This document shows positions 1 to 13,770 of a DNA stretch of 64,000 bases, in pieces; positions within the stretch are counted from its first letter, which is position 1, and each line of letters starts with the position of its first letter. The stretch spans positions 32,674,001 through 32,738,000 of the forward strand of contig OX597832.1 of NCBI GenBank assembly GCA_951406725.2, read 5' to 3'. Position numbers and translations under genes: made by a program. Under the pieces are notes generated by a model, which was given only the letters and a program-made list of their open reading frames with translations, did no database searches and was not told the origin of the DNA. Origin of the DNA: Octopus vulgaris (lineage: Eukaryota).

Positions 1-39
1 AGCGAAAGATAGATAGATAGATACGTGTATATATCTATA

Positions 40-76
<37 letters not shown>

Positions 77-229
77 TTATGTTTCTATATATATATATTT
101 ATATTTATATACGTACACATACATACACACATGCACACAAATACATATATATGAATATATATATATACAGACACAGACAGTGTGAGAGAGAGAGAGAGGG
201 AGAGAAAGAGGGAGGGGAAGAGAGGGAGA

Positions 230-535
230 GAGAAGGTCATGCATGGAAGATCTCATAGTGAGATATGGTTGTGGTGGCTGAAAAAAAACTGTAGAGTGGG
301 AAAGAATTTGCTAGTCGCGTTAACCATTTGCGTTAGTGAATGTAGTATGATGTCACAGAAGGAGACCAAGATAAGACAAACGGTGAGAATAATCTACTGA
401 GAATTATGCAGAAAGCCATGATTTGTCAATGCTAAGAATTGGTATGAACATGAAGCTAGTATAGTGCAAGTATGTGAGAAGTATAATGTTTTGAAGGATT
501 TTCACATTGAGACTGACAGATTGATAGAAACTCTG
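230..535 (+). mobile_element. Degenerate non-LTR retrotransposon fragment (R4/Dong-like restriction-like endonuclease region)
   Basis: Frameshifted translation CR...VSECSMMSQKE...IIY*ELCRK...NWYEHE...VLKDFHIETDRLIE resembles the CCHC/RHD/WYEH/WDFxIxTDR region of RLE-type LINEs; stops and frameshifts present. Confidence 0.7.
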
Positions 536-1150
536 AAGGTTAGTTTAAAAGTTTATGGGCTGACCAAGATACTCCAATGGAATGTGACCAAATGACGTTT
601 ATTTTCCAACATATTCCTCTTTGCGCCCCACAAAATTCTTCCATCGGTGTTGCAGTTCCTGGACTCAATTGTTGAAGCAGTTTTCCTCCTGTTGTTGGAA
701 ACACTCATCAACCGCAGACGTTCCGTCATCATTATTTCGATTAAATGATAGACGGAACCGAATCAGGCGAATATGGGGAGAAATCCACCAGTTCATATAA
801 ACGCACATCTTCCATTAAAACCAATGTCCTGATTGCTGGAGCATTGTCCTGATGAATCGAGTCTCCATTAATCAGATTTCCTGGGCGGTTGTTCTTCATA
901 GCTTTCAATAATTGTATCAGCAAGTTCGTATAGTATTCTCCATTGATCGTGTGTCCCCTTTGGAGAGACTCACTATGCTCAATGCCATTTGCATAAAAAA
1001 AATAAATCTGAGGCCAAAACTTTCCCTGGAGATGAAACGAACTTAGCCTTCTATGAAGAAAGTTGGGGGTGTTTTTTCACTGTATGGACTGCCATTTTAT
1101 CTCTGGCATAAAGTGATGAACACAACAGTTATCATGAGTTAGGAAACATC
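536..1150 (-). mobile_element. Mariner transposase relic with putative 3' TIR
   Basis: Minus-strand peptides HHFMPEIKWQSIQ, GKVLAS, RGHTINGEYYTNLL, HQDNAPA, PYSPDSVPS, QELQHRWK...EYV match mariner motifs; multiple stops and frameshifts. Confidence 0.85.
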
Positions 1151-1500
1151 TTTAGATATTCCATTCTAGCCTATTCCGTCCATACGAATTGCAATGCATA
1201 TATATTAATATATCAGCACGTTTTCTCTCAGTATGTTCCTTGAAAAGAAAATGCGCGTATGACTGTGTGTGTATCTTGTTCAATACTAATGTTGCTTCCC
1301 ATAATCCACTGCTAAATGACGGTATATGTCCTTAATTGAGAAATGAAGATAGATCGGCCGCACTTAAAGCTATATAAGGAAGAAAAATATACACGTACGT
1401 ATATATGTCTCTATATATACATATGCAAGTATATCTATCTGTCTATCTCTCTACCTGCCTATATATCTATCTATCAATCTATCTACCTACCTATCTACCT

Positions 1501-1610
1501 TCAACATCCTTAAACAACCCAATGGACCTTCTGGGCAGGATGTGCTACTCGATTTGAAGGACATTCTAATTGGGCCTCACCTGCAAGATCATGCGTTGTT
1601 TATCTTGGTA
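1501..1610. mobile_element. Fragment of the repeat found at 31037-31590
   Basis: tcaacatccttaaacaaccc...attctaa(t/c)tgggcc(t/c)cacctgcaag(a/g)tcatg aligns with about 31336-31450. Confidence 0.8.
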
Positions 1611-1790
1611 TCAAATTCAAGGGACACTTTGCTTGTTTATGACTGTCTCTGTCTTTCTTGTTTACTATGTAAATATTCTTTTAAAAGCCTTTTCTTTTAA
1701 TTTTTCCAAAATTTAATTGCTTCCCATACTTACTGTTGAAAAAGTCTCAATGACTGAAACCTGTAATGAAATGTTTGTTTTTTCATAAAA
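1611..1790 (+). mobile_element. Penelope-like (PLE) terminal-repeat fragment, same family as 39312-40312
   Basis: Its reverse complement aligns to about 39370-39535; carries a hammerhead-like motif at 1736-1765. Confidence 0.7.
1733..1768 (+). ncRNA. Hammerhead ribozyme motif, U3-A8 core variant (stem I decayed)
   Basis: TTGAAAA-AGTC-tcaat-GACT-GAAAC-ct-GTA. Confidence 0.55.
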
Positions 1791-1819
1791 TTATTTCAGC
1801 GTTTCTCCCTTGACTCTTT

Positions 1820-1934
<115 letters not shown>

Positions 1935-2415
1935 ATGATATATGCAGACAGCTAGATAGGGTGATAGGTAGATAGAGTGATAGAGAGAAAGAAAGAAAGA
2001 GACAGAGAGACATAATGCCGTACATTATGCATTCACAGTATGACGAGTCGGAGTTATTGCATTTATATACAACATTTCATCTGCAGGCGTCATAAACTTG
2101 TTGATTGAGAGAATCTGGTTTTCTCTTTTTTCTGATATTGTGTAGGAGACTAAATGTTCTGTGAACTTTATCATGTCACGTAAATCCTGAGTGACATGTG
2201 TACTAAGTATTATGATATTGAAATATTTGTATAAAAATGTCGGAGCAGGTTTAACAAAAAAAAAAATAATATAAATACAATATGAAAAGAAGTAAATTGA
2301 TTTCCAAAGAATTTAATATGTAGTTATCCGTCCTGACTGAATACGTTATAACACACACACACAGCAACGCACACACACACACACAGAAACGCACACACAC
2401 ACATACACACACACA

Positions 2416-2451
<36 letters not shown>

Positions 2452-3602
2452 CAGACACACACACATGCACACACACGGACACACAAAGTCAGACACATAT
2501 TCGTACATAAATACATCCTTACAAATACACATACACACACGAACACACACACATTTATGTATGTATGTATGTATGTATATGTTTATGACTGGATGCGCTC
2601 AGAGTGCGGCAATTATACTTTTCTGGTTTCGGTTCTCGTCCTTAATTTCATTAAACTCCAACCGTTTCCCATTCGCGCGTCTTTCTTCGGATTTTGAAGT
2701 CGGACATAATTTAACATAGCGTATTTCCCGCTCCTTTGTTAGGGGATGCGGCTGCGTATGCATGCTACCTTTATGAGGTTCCTCACCGGATCGCTGCAAC
2801 TGTGAGATATCCTGTACTATGAAATACAGAGTACCATGTTCAAGCCCTTATTCTTCTCCCTCATTAATGTATTTGTGTGTGTATATATATATGTATGTAT
2901 GTATGTATACATGCATGTATGTAGCAAAGTTTTTGCGAAAACGCATCGTTAACAAAGAAAAGACTGGTCCGTTTTTGCGGAGAAAATAATATTTCTTATT
3001 CGCCGAAATGTGAGAAGTGCATGTCTGAACCACAATGGAATAACGCAGCCAGAATTGCCATAATGATCTGAAGGTCAAATGAGGACGAGAGAGACATGGT
3101 AAGAGAAGACACTACAGTATGTAAGAAAATAATAAAAGAGGATAATATATTTGCAAATATTTGTCATTGTGAGTGTTTCAGTGGCACCAAGAGGAGAAAA
3201 CACATATTACAAGAGTTATTTCAATGATGTACAGACGCAAATATTCTGCTGTGCAGTGGCCATCACATTTATATAATTGGTTGACTAATATTTTTATTAT
3301 AGCAGAGTACATTTCCAAGCTTCAAGCAAATGGAAATCAGGAAGACATTATCGCAAACTTGTTTTCAATAACATACGGGTTCTTTGCAGATAGTATGGTG
3401 TACACAGCTTATAGTGTTACCGTTTGATAACAACGATTTATTCATCCCTTTGATGGATCTGACTTACGTCGAAAAAGTCAATTATTGACAAAATTTATAT
3501 CACGATTCCATTATATAAAATATACATTGTCGCATTGATCGTTAGAATGGGTCGGGAAAAATCCATGAATACATAATAAAGAAACAGAAAATGATGATGA
3601 TG

Positions 3603-3633
<31 letters not shown>

Positions 3634-4096
3634 TAATAATATAAAAATATGAACGGTTTTTTTTGCTTGTATCTTATAATTCAAAGAAACTCTGAGCAAG
3701 AAACTTCGGAGTTAAAGAAATAATTATACCAAGAAGACTTCAAAGAATCTGATACAAGCAAGCAAACACAGACAGAGAGCGATTAACTAGTTTAGAAATA
3801 TTCCTGGAATAGACCTCAAACGACTCAAAGAACTGAAAGAACCTCGTGGGATTCAGAATTTGTTCAACTAAGAAACAAAGTTATTCTTCTAAAACATTGT
3901 TAAGAACTAAAGAACTACAGAATGGCATTGGTTCTATAGCGAGCGAATCGTGTGCAGCATTGTATGTGTTTCTGAAGATATTCCTGACAATTCATATAAT
4001 GTATGTATGCAAGTATGTATGTATGTAACGATCTATCTATCTACTTGCCTATCTTACCTACCTAGTATTGTCTATATATATTTACGTACATATATT

Positions 4097-4254
4097 GGTG
4101 CCGGAGTGGCTGTATGGTAAATAGCTTTTCTTATCAACCACATGGTTTCGGGTTTAGTCCTACTACGTGGCTCCTTGGACAAATGTCTTCTGCTATAGCC
4201 ACAGGTCGACCGAAGCCTTGTGAGTGAATATGGTAGACGGAAACTGAAAGAAGC

Positions 4255-4291
<37 letters not shown>

Positions 4292-4495
4292 TGCATATGT
4301 TTGTGTGTCTGTGTTTTTCACCCCACCATCGCTTGAGAACCCACGTTGGTGTTTACGTCCCCCGTAACCTAGCGGTTCGGCAAAAGAGCTGATAGTATAA
4401 GTACTAAGCTTACAAAGAATAAGTTCTGGGGTCGATTTCTTCTACTAAAGTCGGTACTCTAGCATGACCGCAGTCAAATACCTGAAACAAACAAA
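4097..4495 (+). mobile_element. tRNA-derived SINE family A (Octopus-type), near full length, with internal (TA)n
   Basis: A-box tggctgtatggt, B-box-like gggtttagtcc, ccttggacaa core; at least 6 more copies in the window. Confidence 0.85.
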
Positions 4496-4694
4496 TGTGT
4501 AAATGTGTAAACGTATATATATATATATATAAATAGAGAGAGAGAGAGAGAGAGAGAGAGACGCAAACAAAGGCACACACTCACACACACATTTACGAAC
4601 GTGCACACGCACACACACAAAATTCCAATCCGTATTTCTAGTATTATAATGACTGAATCGTTGCGATGTATGAATGTATCGTGGCACTGCGTCG

Positions 4695-5059
4695 ATTACA
4701 AAGATGAAGGTTTCACTTGATCCGGTAAACGGAAGAGCCTGCTAGTGAAATTAACGTGCAAGTGACTGAGTATTCCACAGACACGTGTACCTTTAACGTA
4801 GTCCACGGAGGGATTCAGCGTGACACATAGTCTGACAAGGCTGGCCCCTTGAAATACAGGTGCAAGAGTAACAGAAAGAAAGTGTGAGAGAAAGTTGTGG
4901 TGAAGGAGTACAGGGTTCGCCACCAGCCACTGCTAGAGCCACGTAGAACCTTAGAAATTTTCGCTCAATAAACACTCACAAAACGCGGTCGGGGAATCGA
5001 AGCCACGATCCAGCGGTCACGAGCCCGCTGCCTTAACCATTGGGCCATTTCGCCTCCAC
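4695..5059 (-). mobile_element. tRNA-derived SINE family B, tail type 1
   Basis: Minus-strand head gtggaggcgaaatggcccaatggttaaggc...ttcgattcccc; 5' half homologous to 30067-30265. Confidence 0.8.
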
Positions 5060-5454
5060 TATGCTTGTATATATGAGACAATATGTATGTTCCACTTACA
5101 CATCTGCATGGGACTGTTAACTAGGTAAATAGTTGCGCATAGGCGTTTCGGTCATGACCATCCCTACGCTTTCTCTATGATTACATTCCTGGCCCATCTG
5201 GCTCCTTAGACAGTAATGAGAAATTAGTGTAAATATTTGACTGCAATCTATCAGTGGTGGTGTAAACATACAGCCGTTTCTTTTGTTCACAAGAGCGATC
5301 TGTCTGGTTGATTACGGCATATACCAGATTATGGCATGGTGTTATATATTGCTGGTCACAGTGCGCTTCGCATTGTTTTAATTTGCGAATGACATCACCC
5401 CGCTGGTTAGGTGAGCAAGCCAACTTTCTTTGAGATCTGAGGATTATTCTGTCA

Positions 5455-5598
5455 CTGGGTGAACCATTTACAGCTAAGTAGACTTAGGTGATGTGAAATG
5501 AATTTTTTTGCTGAAGAACACAACACATCGCCTGGTCCGGAAATCGAACCCATGTTCTAGCGACTGTGAGTGCTACACCCTAACCCCTAGGCTACACC
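5455..5598 (-). mobile_element. tRNA-derived SINE fragment (family C)
   Basis: Minus strand tagcctaggggttagg (A box) ... gggttcgatttcc (B box) followed by gtgttgtgttcttcagcaa. Confidence 0.65.
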
Positions 5599-6467
5599 TA
5601 TATATATATATATATCTCATATCATATATACCTACATATATATATATATATATATATATCCCCGATCTATTACAATGAGATTCCTGAGTGCAAGAGGCTC
5701 ATGAAACATAGGTGGAGCCAAATCAGAAAGGAAAAGGAATCTACGTTGAGATGATACTTTACCGAACTTAGAAGTATCGAACTCGAAAACTGGATGGCTA
5801 TGAAACCAACCAATGTGATGGCACGCTTTTATCTTCTTTTCCCATTCATACGAAGAACAAGTAAGCAAAACCAAAACGGTCGATTCTTGAAAATCTGGTA
5901 ATTAATGTTTGGGTGGGGATGGTTATGAGGATCGGTCGTCGATCAAACACAAATATGGGTGTGTGCGTGGGTTTATATGTGGTATGGTGGTTTACGTGCG
6001 AGTGTATGTATGTATGAATGCGTGTATGCCTACAAGTATACGTTCCTGTATGTATACAGCTTACAATTATGAGTGTATACCCGTGTACATGAGTCTCTCT
6101 CTTTGTCTCTTTTTCTCTTTCTATAAGTATGTGTGTGTGTGTATGTGTGAATGCAGGTGTATGCAAATGTCTTTACGTGTGTTTTCTCGTGTTTGTTTCT
6201 GCGCATCTATTTAAATATTCAAGAATCAAGCGTTCCGAGAGCAAACATCAAAATGAAGCTGTGAATATTGCTCAAACATGGTTGCATCAAACGATAATTT
6301 TTCTCTCAGCTCTTAAAGATATCAGCCCAAAAAATGGCAGCAAAGACACGAAATAAACAAACAAGAGATATGCCAGAGCGAAGATATAATTCAAGGCACG
6401 GCGGTAGATTGCACAAAGCGCGCCGATTCACATACATATATATCCGTATGTATTTGTGTGTGTGTAA

Positions 6468-6516
<49 letters not shown>

Positions 6517-6728
6517 TAGATAGATATTAAGATAGATACATACATATATATATATATGTATATATACATACATATATATATACCTATATATATACAATAT
6601 ATATATGTATATATATAATTCATATATATATATATGTATATAATGTATATCTATATGTATATATGTGTATATATATATATGCATATATGTGTGTATATAT
6701 ATGTATATATATATATATATATATGTAG

Positions 6729-6772
<44 letters not shown>

Positions 6773-7312
6773 CCGCAAATATCAATATTACTTCCTTAGA
6801 AAGGATAACATTCGTAACAAACGAAAGAAAAATATCTGAGAATTTATGGGACGATCTATTTGCATCTATAGAACTTACAAATACATATACACTCACACAC
6901 ACGGACGCGTGCACAAATTTATACATATCATATGTGTATTTATGTATGAATTTATGATTGCGTCTATGTATGTGTGTGTATATATACAGCCGCAAATAAA
7001 TCCATGTGTGTACACACGTTTTCACACATAAACTTTGACAAGCCTTTGAAATTCTGAAATCTGCAACTCTCTTGTGGAGTCGAAATTTTACTTATATATA
7101 TTAACGATGTAGATGCTGCAAACTTTATCAGGGTATTATAAATTTATGGCAAAATAAACATATTGATACATGTAGCTAACTTTCCAGCGCCTGGTCTCTC
7201 CGTATTCGCATCTCTTCATCTTTTAGCTTCGTTTTGCCTCCCATATTCTCTCTCATGCCATCTCTCCCTATGAATAATTTTACATAGATACAAATGTACG
7301 CATACATAGTTA

Positions 7313-7523
<211 letters not shown>

Positions 7524-7876
7524 CTATCTCTACATATGAACATATATATTTATTTATATATAAATACATGCACATATATATATATATATATATATATATG
7601 CATACATACATATAGATACATACACACACGCCCGCATACTCACACACACATAAACACACATATACACACATAACTTTGTATTTATGTACGCCTAGACACA
7701 CTATATCCGCGGTATATTTATGCACTTGTACCTATGTGCTGAGTGTTGGTACACATATACATAATTTTACTGTAAAAGATAAATATTTGATGTTTATAAA
7801 TCTATATGTATATATGTAATATAGATTTACATATATATACTTATATGCGTCTATATGCATATGACGTGTAGTTATG

Positions 7877-7978
<102 letters not shown>

Positions 7979-8099
7979 AACGATAGATGTGTTTGTTTAT
8001 TTCCAAACATAAATAGCTATACATACCCGATCTCTTCGCCTCGCAATCGTACATAGATAATTAAGAGACACACACATTACACTGCGTGAAAATTCAAAA

Positions 8100-8500
8100 A
8101 CCACAATACACGCACACACATATTCTCTCTTTCTGACATATATACACACACACTCACTCTTACACGCACATACATATTCACTCTTTCTCACACACACTCA
8201 CCGTCAGACACATACACACATTCACTCTTTGTTACACACACATACGCGCACACTGACCCTTACACACACACATATAACTCTTTCTCACACACATACACAC
8301 ACACTCCCAAACACACACACACACATTGACTCTTTCTTACACACACATACATGCACACTCACCCTTACACACACACACATATAACTCTTTCTCACACACA
8401 TACACACACACTCCCAAACTCACACACGCATTCACTCTTTCTTACACACACATACGCGCACACTCCCCCGTCACACAAACACACACGCACACACGAACAT
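8100..8500. repeat. CA-rich minisatellite with a ~110 bp higher-order unit
   Basis: acccttacacacacac(ac)atataactctttctcacacacatacacacacactcccaaac occurs at about 8257 and 8361; other unit parts recur. Confidence 0.8.
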
Positions 8501-9354
8501 ACATGCATATGCTGATGTTTCCGCTATGATGCAAGAATATGCTTCTAAAATTCCCAAACTGTGATGCCTCTTGAAAAAAAAAAAGACAGCATCATAAGAC
8601 TTTGGCATCAACTTCCATCATGGAATATGCAATAAATGCATAGACACGTATTTAACAGATCATAGAGCTATTTGTGTTTTTTTATTTTTTTTTATTTCTT
8701 TGTTTCTTTTTAGGATTAGACTTTTATCTTCAGACAAAATACATAATTTCCCCGTTTATTTTTGTCGCCATCTGGATTTAAACTTCAAATGATCAATATA
8801 TTGTATACACCCCACCACACACATACGTACATGTATATATAAATACACACAAACACACACACACACACACACACACATATGTATATATATGTACGTTTGT
8901 ACTACTTATTGATAGATACATATATGTATGCATATACATGTATATCTGTATGCATGTATACATGTTTGCATGGATGTATTACCATTTTATGTATAGATAT
9001 TTAGTTATACATACATATAATTATGTGCATTTATATATATATATATGTGTGTGTGTATGTGTGTTTGTATGTGTGTGTGTGTGCGTGCGTATGTGTGCAT
9101 CTAAATCTACTCATCAATATGAAAAGAAAACAGAACGTAGGAGGGATTGAGATTGATATCAGATGATTGCAAGAATCCACAATATCGAGAGACGTCGAGT
9201 ATTTATTGCCTTCTTAAAGTACACGTTCATTAGGACACGTTTTCTCTAAATCTGTGTATTTGGCCATGTGTTAGATGTCCATTAGCACCGTCGAACTTAA
9301 TACAATATAGACATCTAAAAATATCCTTTTGCCTGCGTGTCTGTGTGTCTCTGT

Positions 9355-9400
<46 letters not shown>

Positions 9401-9439
9401 GGGTATGTATGTGTGTGTTTATATGAATGTATATATATA

Positions 9440-9479
<40 letters not shown>

Positions 9480-9484
9480 TAGGT

Positions 9485-9567
<83 letters not shown>

Positions 9568-9584
9568 TGCATGTATATATATAA

Positions 9585-9700
9585 ATAGTTCAAATTTATA
9601 GAAAAACAGAGACGAATACACGTGTAGGATTACCAAGCAAGTGTGTAAGATCGGGAACAATGGCAAAGTCTTTTACATTTCGAGCCTCCGCTCAAATAGG
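9585..9700 (-). mobile_element. PLE-like terminal fragment (family E) with partial hammerhead
   Basis: Minus strand GAGC-ggag-GCTC-GAAAT-GTA-aaagacttt...; homologous tails at 38788, 57065 and, more weakly, 22155. Confidence 0.55.
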
Positions 9701-9810
9701 AAGAAGCAGAAATAAGTAGAGAAAGAAAGAAAAAAGCGTGTTGAGTTCAGCGTTCCAGCATCGCCTAGTACATACATGTACACGCACACAGACACACAGA
9801 CACAGACACA

Positions 9811-9924
<114 letters not shown>

Positions 9925-9976
9925 GTGTAGGAAGAAATGGAGCTGAACGAAGATTTAACAAAATTCCTTTTTATTA

Positions 9977-10060
9977 TTTTCTACATATGTTTCAAAGGCT
10001 GCAAAGTCCCTAATTCGGATTGAATAAGGAGTCCATTTTGCAACCTTCTCTTCAGGAAAA
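9977..10060 (-). ncRNA. Type I hammerhead ribozyme, canonical core
   Basis: TTTTC-CTGAAGA-GAAGGTTGCAAA...TTTGCAGCCTTT-GAAAC-ATAT-GTA-GAAAA: 5-bp stem I, 12-bp stem II (two G-U pairs), palindromic stem III ACATATGT, GUA cleavage triplet. Confidence 0.85.
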
Positions 10061-10875
10061 TCCAGGAACTTAATTCTCCAACAAAATGCACAGCGAGCTT
10101 TTCGACAAACGCTCACGAGGAGCCCATGGAATAAATGGCACAAACTGTCTATCACTATGCGTTGACGCCAGGCTGGGTGAACGATAGAGAGGGGGTGTCA
10201 ACAATGGTCGTGGCAGGATACAGTGACATCCCTGACAGTAGTTCTAGATAACTAGCAGTTCTTACACTAACAGGGGAGTGATATTCCCTTACAAATTTAA
10301 TTCAACATTTTTATCCATTTTCTTAGGAAATCAAGAAAATGGATAAAAATTTTGAATTAAATTTGTAAGGGGATATCACACCCCTGTTAGTGTAAGAACT
10401 GCTAGTTATCTAGAACTGCTGTCAGGGATGTCACTGTATCCTGCCATGACCATTGTTGACACCCCCTCTCTATCAACTGGTTACAGACGAACACACAGAC
10501 ACAGTCTTTTCTGTTGCTTGACCATTAATATCTGCTATATCTCTTTCCCTTGATGCCTTCTAAACACACTGTCACACACACAGACGCACACACACATACA
10601 TGAAAACAATTTCTCACACTCAAACACTCTTAAAACAATTCAAATATTAACACCAGTCATACAGAATACATTCACACTCTTTGATTTTCCTGTACTCCCC
10701 TTCTGTTAACCGGACTTTGACCTTGAATTATCTCAACGGACTTTCTTGTCGGCTTTCACCCAGCCTGGCGTCAACGCATAGTGATAGACAGTTTGTGCCA
10801 TTTATTCCATGGGCTCCTCGTGAGCGTTTGTCGAAAAGCTTGCTGTGCATTTTGTTGGAGAATTAAGTTCCTGGA

Positions 10876-10959
10876 TTTTCCTGAAGGGAAGGCTGCAAAA
10901 TGGACTCCTTATTCAATCCGAATTAGGGACTTTGCAGCCTTTGAAACATATGTAGAAAA
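10876..10959 (+). ncRNA. Type I hammerhead ribozyme, mirror copy with A9G core change
   Basis: TTTTC-CTGAAGG-GAAGGCTGCAAA...TTTGCAGCCTTT-GAAAC-ATAT-GTA-GAAAA. Confidence 0.75.
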
Positions 10960-11163
10960 TAATAAAAAGGAATTTTGTTAAATCTTCGTTCAGCTCCATT
11001 TCTTCCTACACTAAATATATAAAACTTCAAATTTCCGCACTAAGGCACGGATTTTAGGCCCCATGGTCATAACCTCAACCTTGCTTTTCTGTTGTGATTT
11101 TTGCTACCCAAGTGTCGGTTATCATTTGAATAATCCGTAATAAGATAATTCATTTATCTACTT

Positions 11164-11229
<66 letters not shown>

Positions 11230-11334
11230 ATATATGCAGTCTGTGATGGGTGAGCTGTAGTTGTAACATGGTTTTAATATTGCGCGTGTACATTATTTGT
11301 TTTAGATTTTGTCGACTGCCTATTATACAATGGT

Positions 11335-12105
11335 CAGTTCGCACCATCTATAAGAAAGACACCACTTTGACGCAATTCACTCTGCCAGAAATTTGGAGAC
11401 AGCATTCTGTAAAGATTGGCTTACGCATCGGAAGATCCAATGCCAACATTTCCGGTTAAGAGTTCACTCCAAACACCATGATGTTGACTGCATGTTTGAT
11501 TATTACCACACGAGGTATATGTCCTTAGGCTCCACTATTCTGAGATTGACACTCACTGATGCCGACGTTATGCCTCCATTCATCTTCCCACACGGCCTCA
11601 TGCTCCACACGGAGGCGTACATCAAGTACCTAGAGGAGGCTGCGCTACTCTGCGTCAAGAGGGTGACTGCTGGAAGACCTATGTCTGGCTCTGCATTATG
11701 CCACAGAAGCAGGGGAACCAAGTCATGGCTGTCAAACAAATTCGGGGTCCACATCACTCCTAACATCTGGCCACCTAACTTCCAAAGCTGCAACCGCTTT
11801 GGTTATTATCTGTGTGGGGGCGCAGTTGAGCGAGTGACCAACAAAAATCCTTCTGACACGAAAGCCGAAAGATTATGGCAGCATTCATAAACTTAAGCAA
11901 GGAGACCATCCAGAAGAGTTGCAGGAGATTCCGAAATCGTCTGGAGGCCGTTGTTGAAACCAATGGCGATTTTAGGGAATACATTTACTCTTTAGTATTT
12001 CAAGATATTTTTCTGTAATTTTGATCAATATATCTGTAAAAATGAGATGTCAGTGTTATTTTCATTTTTGCATAATTTACACGACAATTTACTGACCGCA
12101 GCCCC
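11335..12105 (+). mobile_element. Tc1/mariner-superfamily DD37D (maT-like) transposon relic, internally deleted
   Basis: VMPPFIFPHGL...EAYIKYLEE...WLSNKFGVHITPNIWPPN...FRNRLEAVVETNG; 3' end shared with the copies at 16615 and 19012. Confidence 0.85.
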
Positions 12106-13592
12106 TATTTCAAAGCTTGTGAGAGTTACTTAATAGAGTTTTTGAAGTGTGCAGGTGATTAAAAAAAAATATCCTGAATAAAATATGCTAGGAAATCTAT
12201 TATGAAGATGTTTCTAAACTTTTGGGGGAAGAAGGAGTTTTAACGTATAAGCCGCGTTCGTTTAAGCTTTTCAAAGACACCTACTGTCATATATATATAT
12301 GAGCTGAAGACACCCTCCGAAAGGGGAGGGCCGCCATGTCAAAACGCAAGAGGAGTAGGGGCCAAAACCGGACGTGTTTCCTCCTGATGATGTCTTGAGC
12401 TAACTGGATCCTATAAAGGATCTGCTTCTGTGGTAGCAGACCACGAAACACGGTTGTAATCCCTGTTTTACATCCTCTAAGTTAGACTAAATAGTCGCCA
12501 CTAATATAATGCCGTATATTGAGCAACTCCATCCTTGTCACACGCAGTTTGCTCTTCGTTTTAGCGGATTACTGCTGATATTTTTTCTTTCATGAAGAGA
12601 AGAGTTAATATTGGGAGTGTGGTCATTTTGGTATCTTGGACCGTTTTGAGTTGATTATAGATGTCGCTGCCTCTTTCTGAGTTGCTCATTTTAGAGTTTT
12701 CGTTTCTCAGTAGCATTTCTGTTGCAAGATTGCTGGGAAACTGTAGGATACATCATTAGTGAACTGTTGAGGCTTACCACTTTGGTCCATTCGTATCTGG
12801 CAGTTTTAAGTTGGTGAGAAACGTAACATCTCTCATTTAGATCTCTGCTAATACAGCACTTGATGCAGTTCCGTGTTACTGGCTTGAAAATCATGACTGC
12901 ACTTTACTAGTTTGATTCTACTTCTCCTGGTCAATTGACCTTTTCATACGCTCTTTGCTCTTCCTCCACAGATATTCGATGTAAAATAAAGAGTAAGTAT
13001 CCTCTCATCAATTCCCGCAGTAGGAAGCCTTATAAAATTCCCTAAGGAAATTCGTATTTAGGTAGAAATAACCGCTCTTCCTTTCACTTGTCTCCAAAAG
13101 TCCGTCCATTTGGAAATTTCTGTCACGATATTGTAGACCTTGCGCAGGTATTAGCATTCGCAACACACGTTGCTGTCGGCTCGTGATTCATGTTGCAAGG
13201 AAAGGCTCAACCTCGTTTGCAGAGTTAGGCTTCTGCTTTCCTTCAGATTATTAAAATTTGGGGAATAAATTAGCGGCAACAAATGGCACCCAAGAAAACA
13301 GGCAATTTGCTCAGGCTGGTGTACCTGTTATTCTTTCCACCATAGGAACCCCTCAACTGTCTGGTTCCACTGTATTCCATGTGTCTACGTGAGAGTTGTA
13401 TTTCTTTTACATAGTACTCACACTCCGTGGCCTCTGGATTTGATAGCACCATAAGTTCAAACTGGTTCCTTGCTGTGGGCCTGGGCCAATTTTGGTGCAG
13501 TCATCTTGTAGACTGTTCTAAACATTCTTAACTACTTTCAGTTTCCCAAGGCTGTCTTTTCCTAAGCATAAATATACCCAAACGCGGGCACG

Positions 13593-13629
<37 letters not shown>

Positions 13630-13717
13630 TCGTATATAGATACAATGCATGCGCTCTCACACATTTATAGAGATGGAAAAATAGATGGATAGATAATAGG
13701 TAGATATAGAGACAGAC

Positions 13718-13770
<53 letters not shown>

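Noticed and set aside
2599-2815. GC-richer minus-strand ORF (66 aa) with a possible acceptor
   Set aside because: No recognisable motif; cannot distinguish an exon from TE debris.
2920-3400. Possible Merlin-like transposase relic (PKCEKCM)
   Set aside because: Only a CxxC and vague similarity; no TIRs found.
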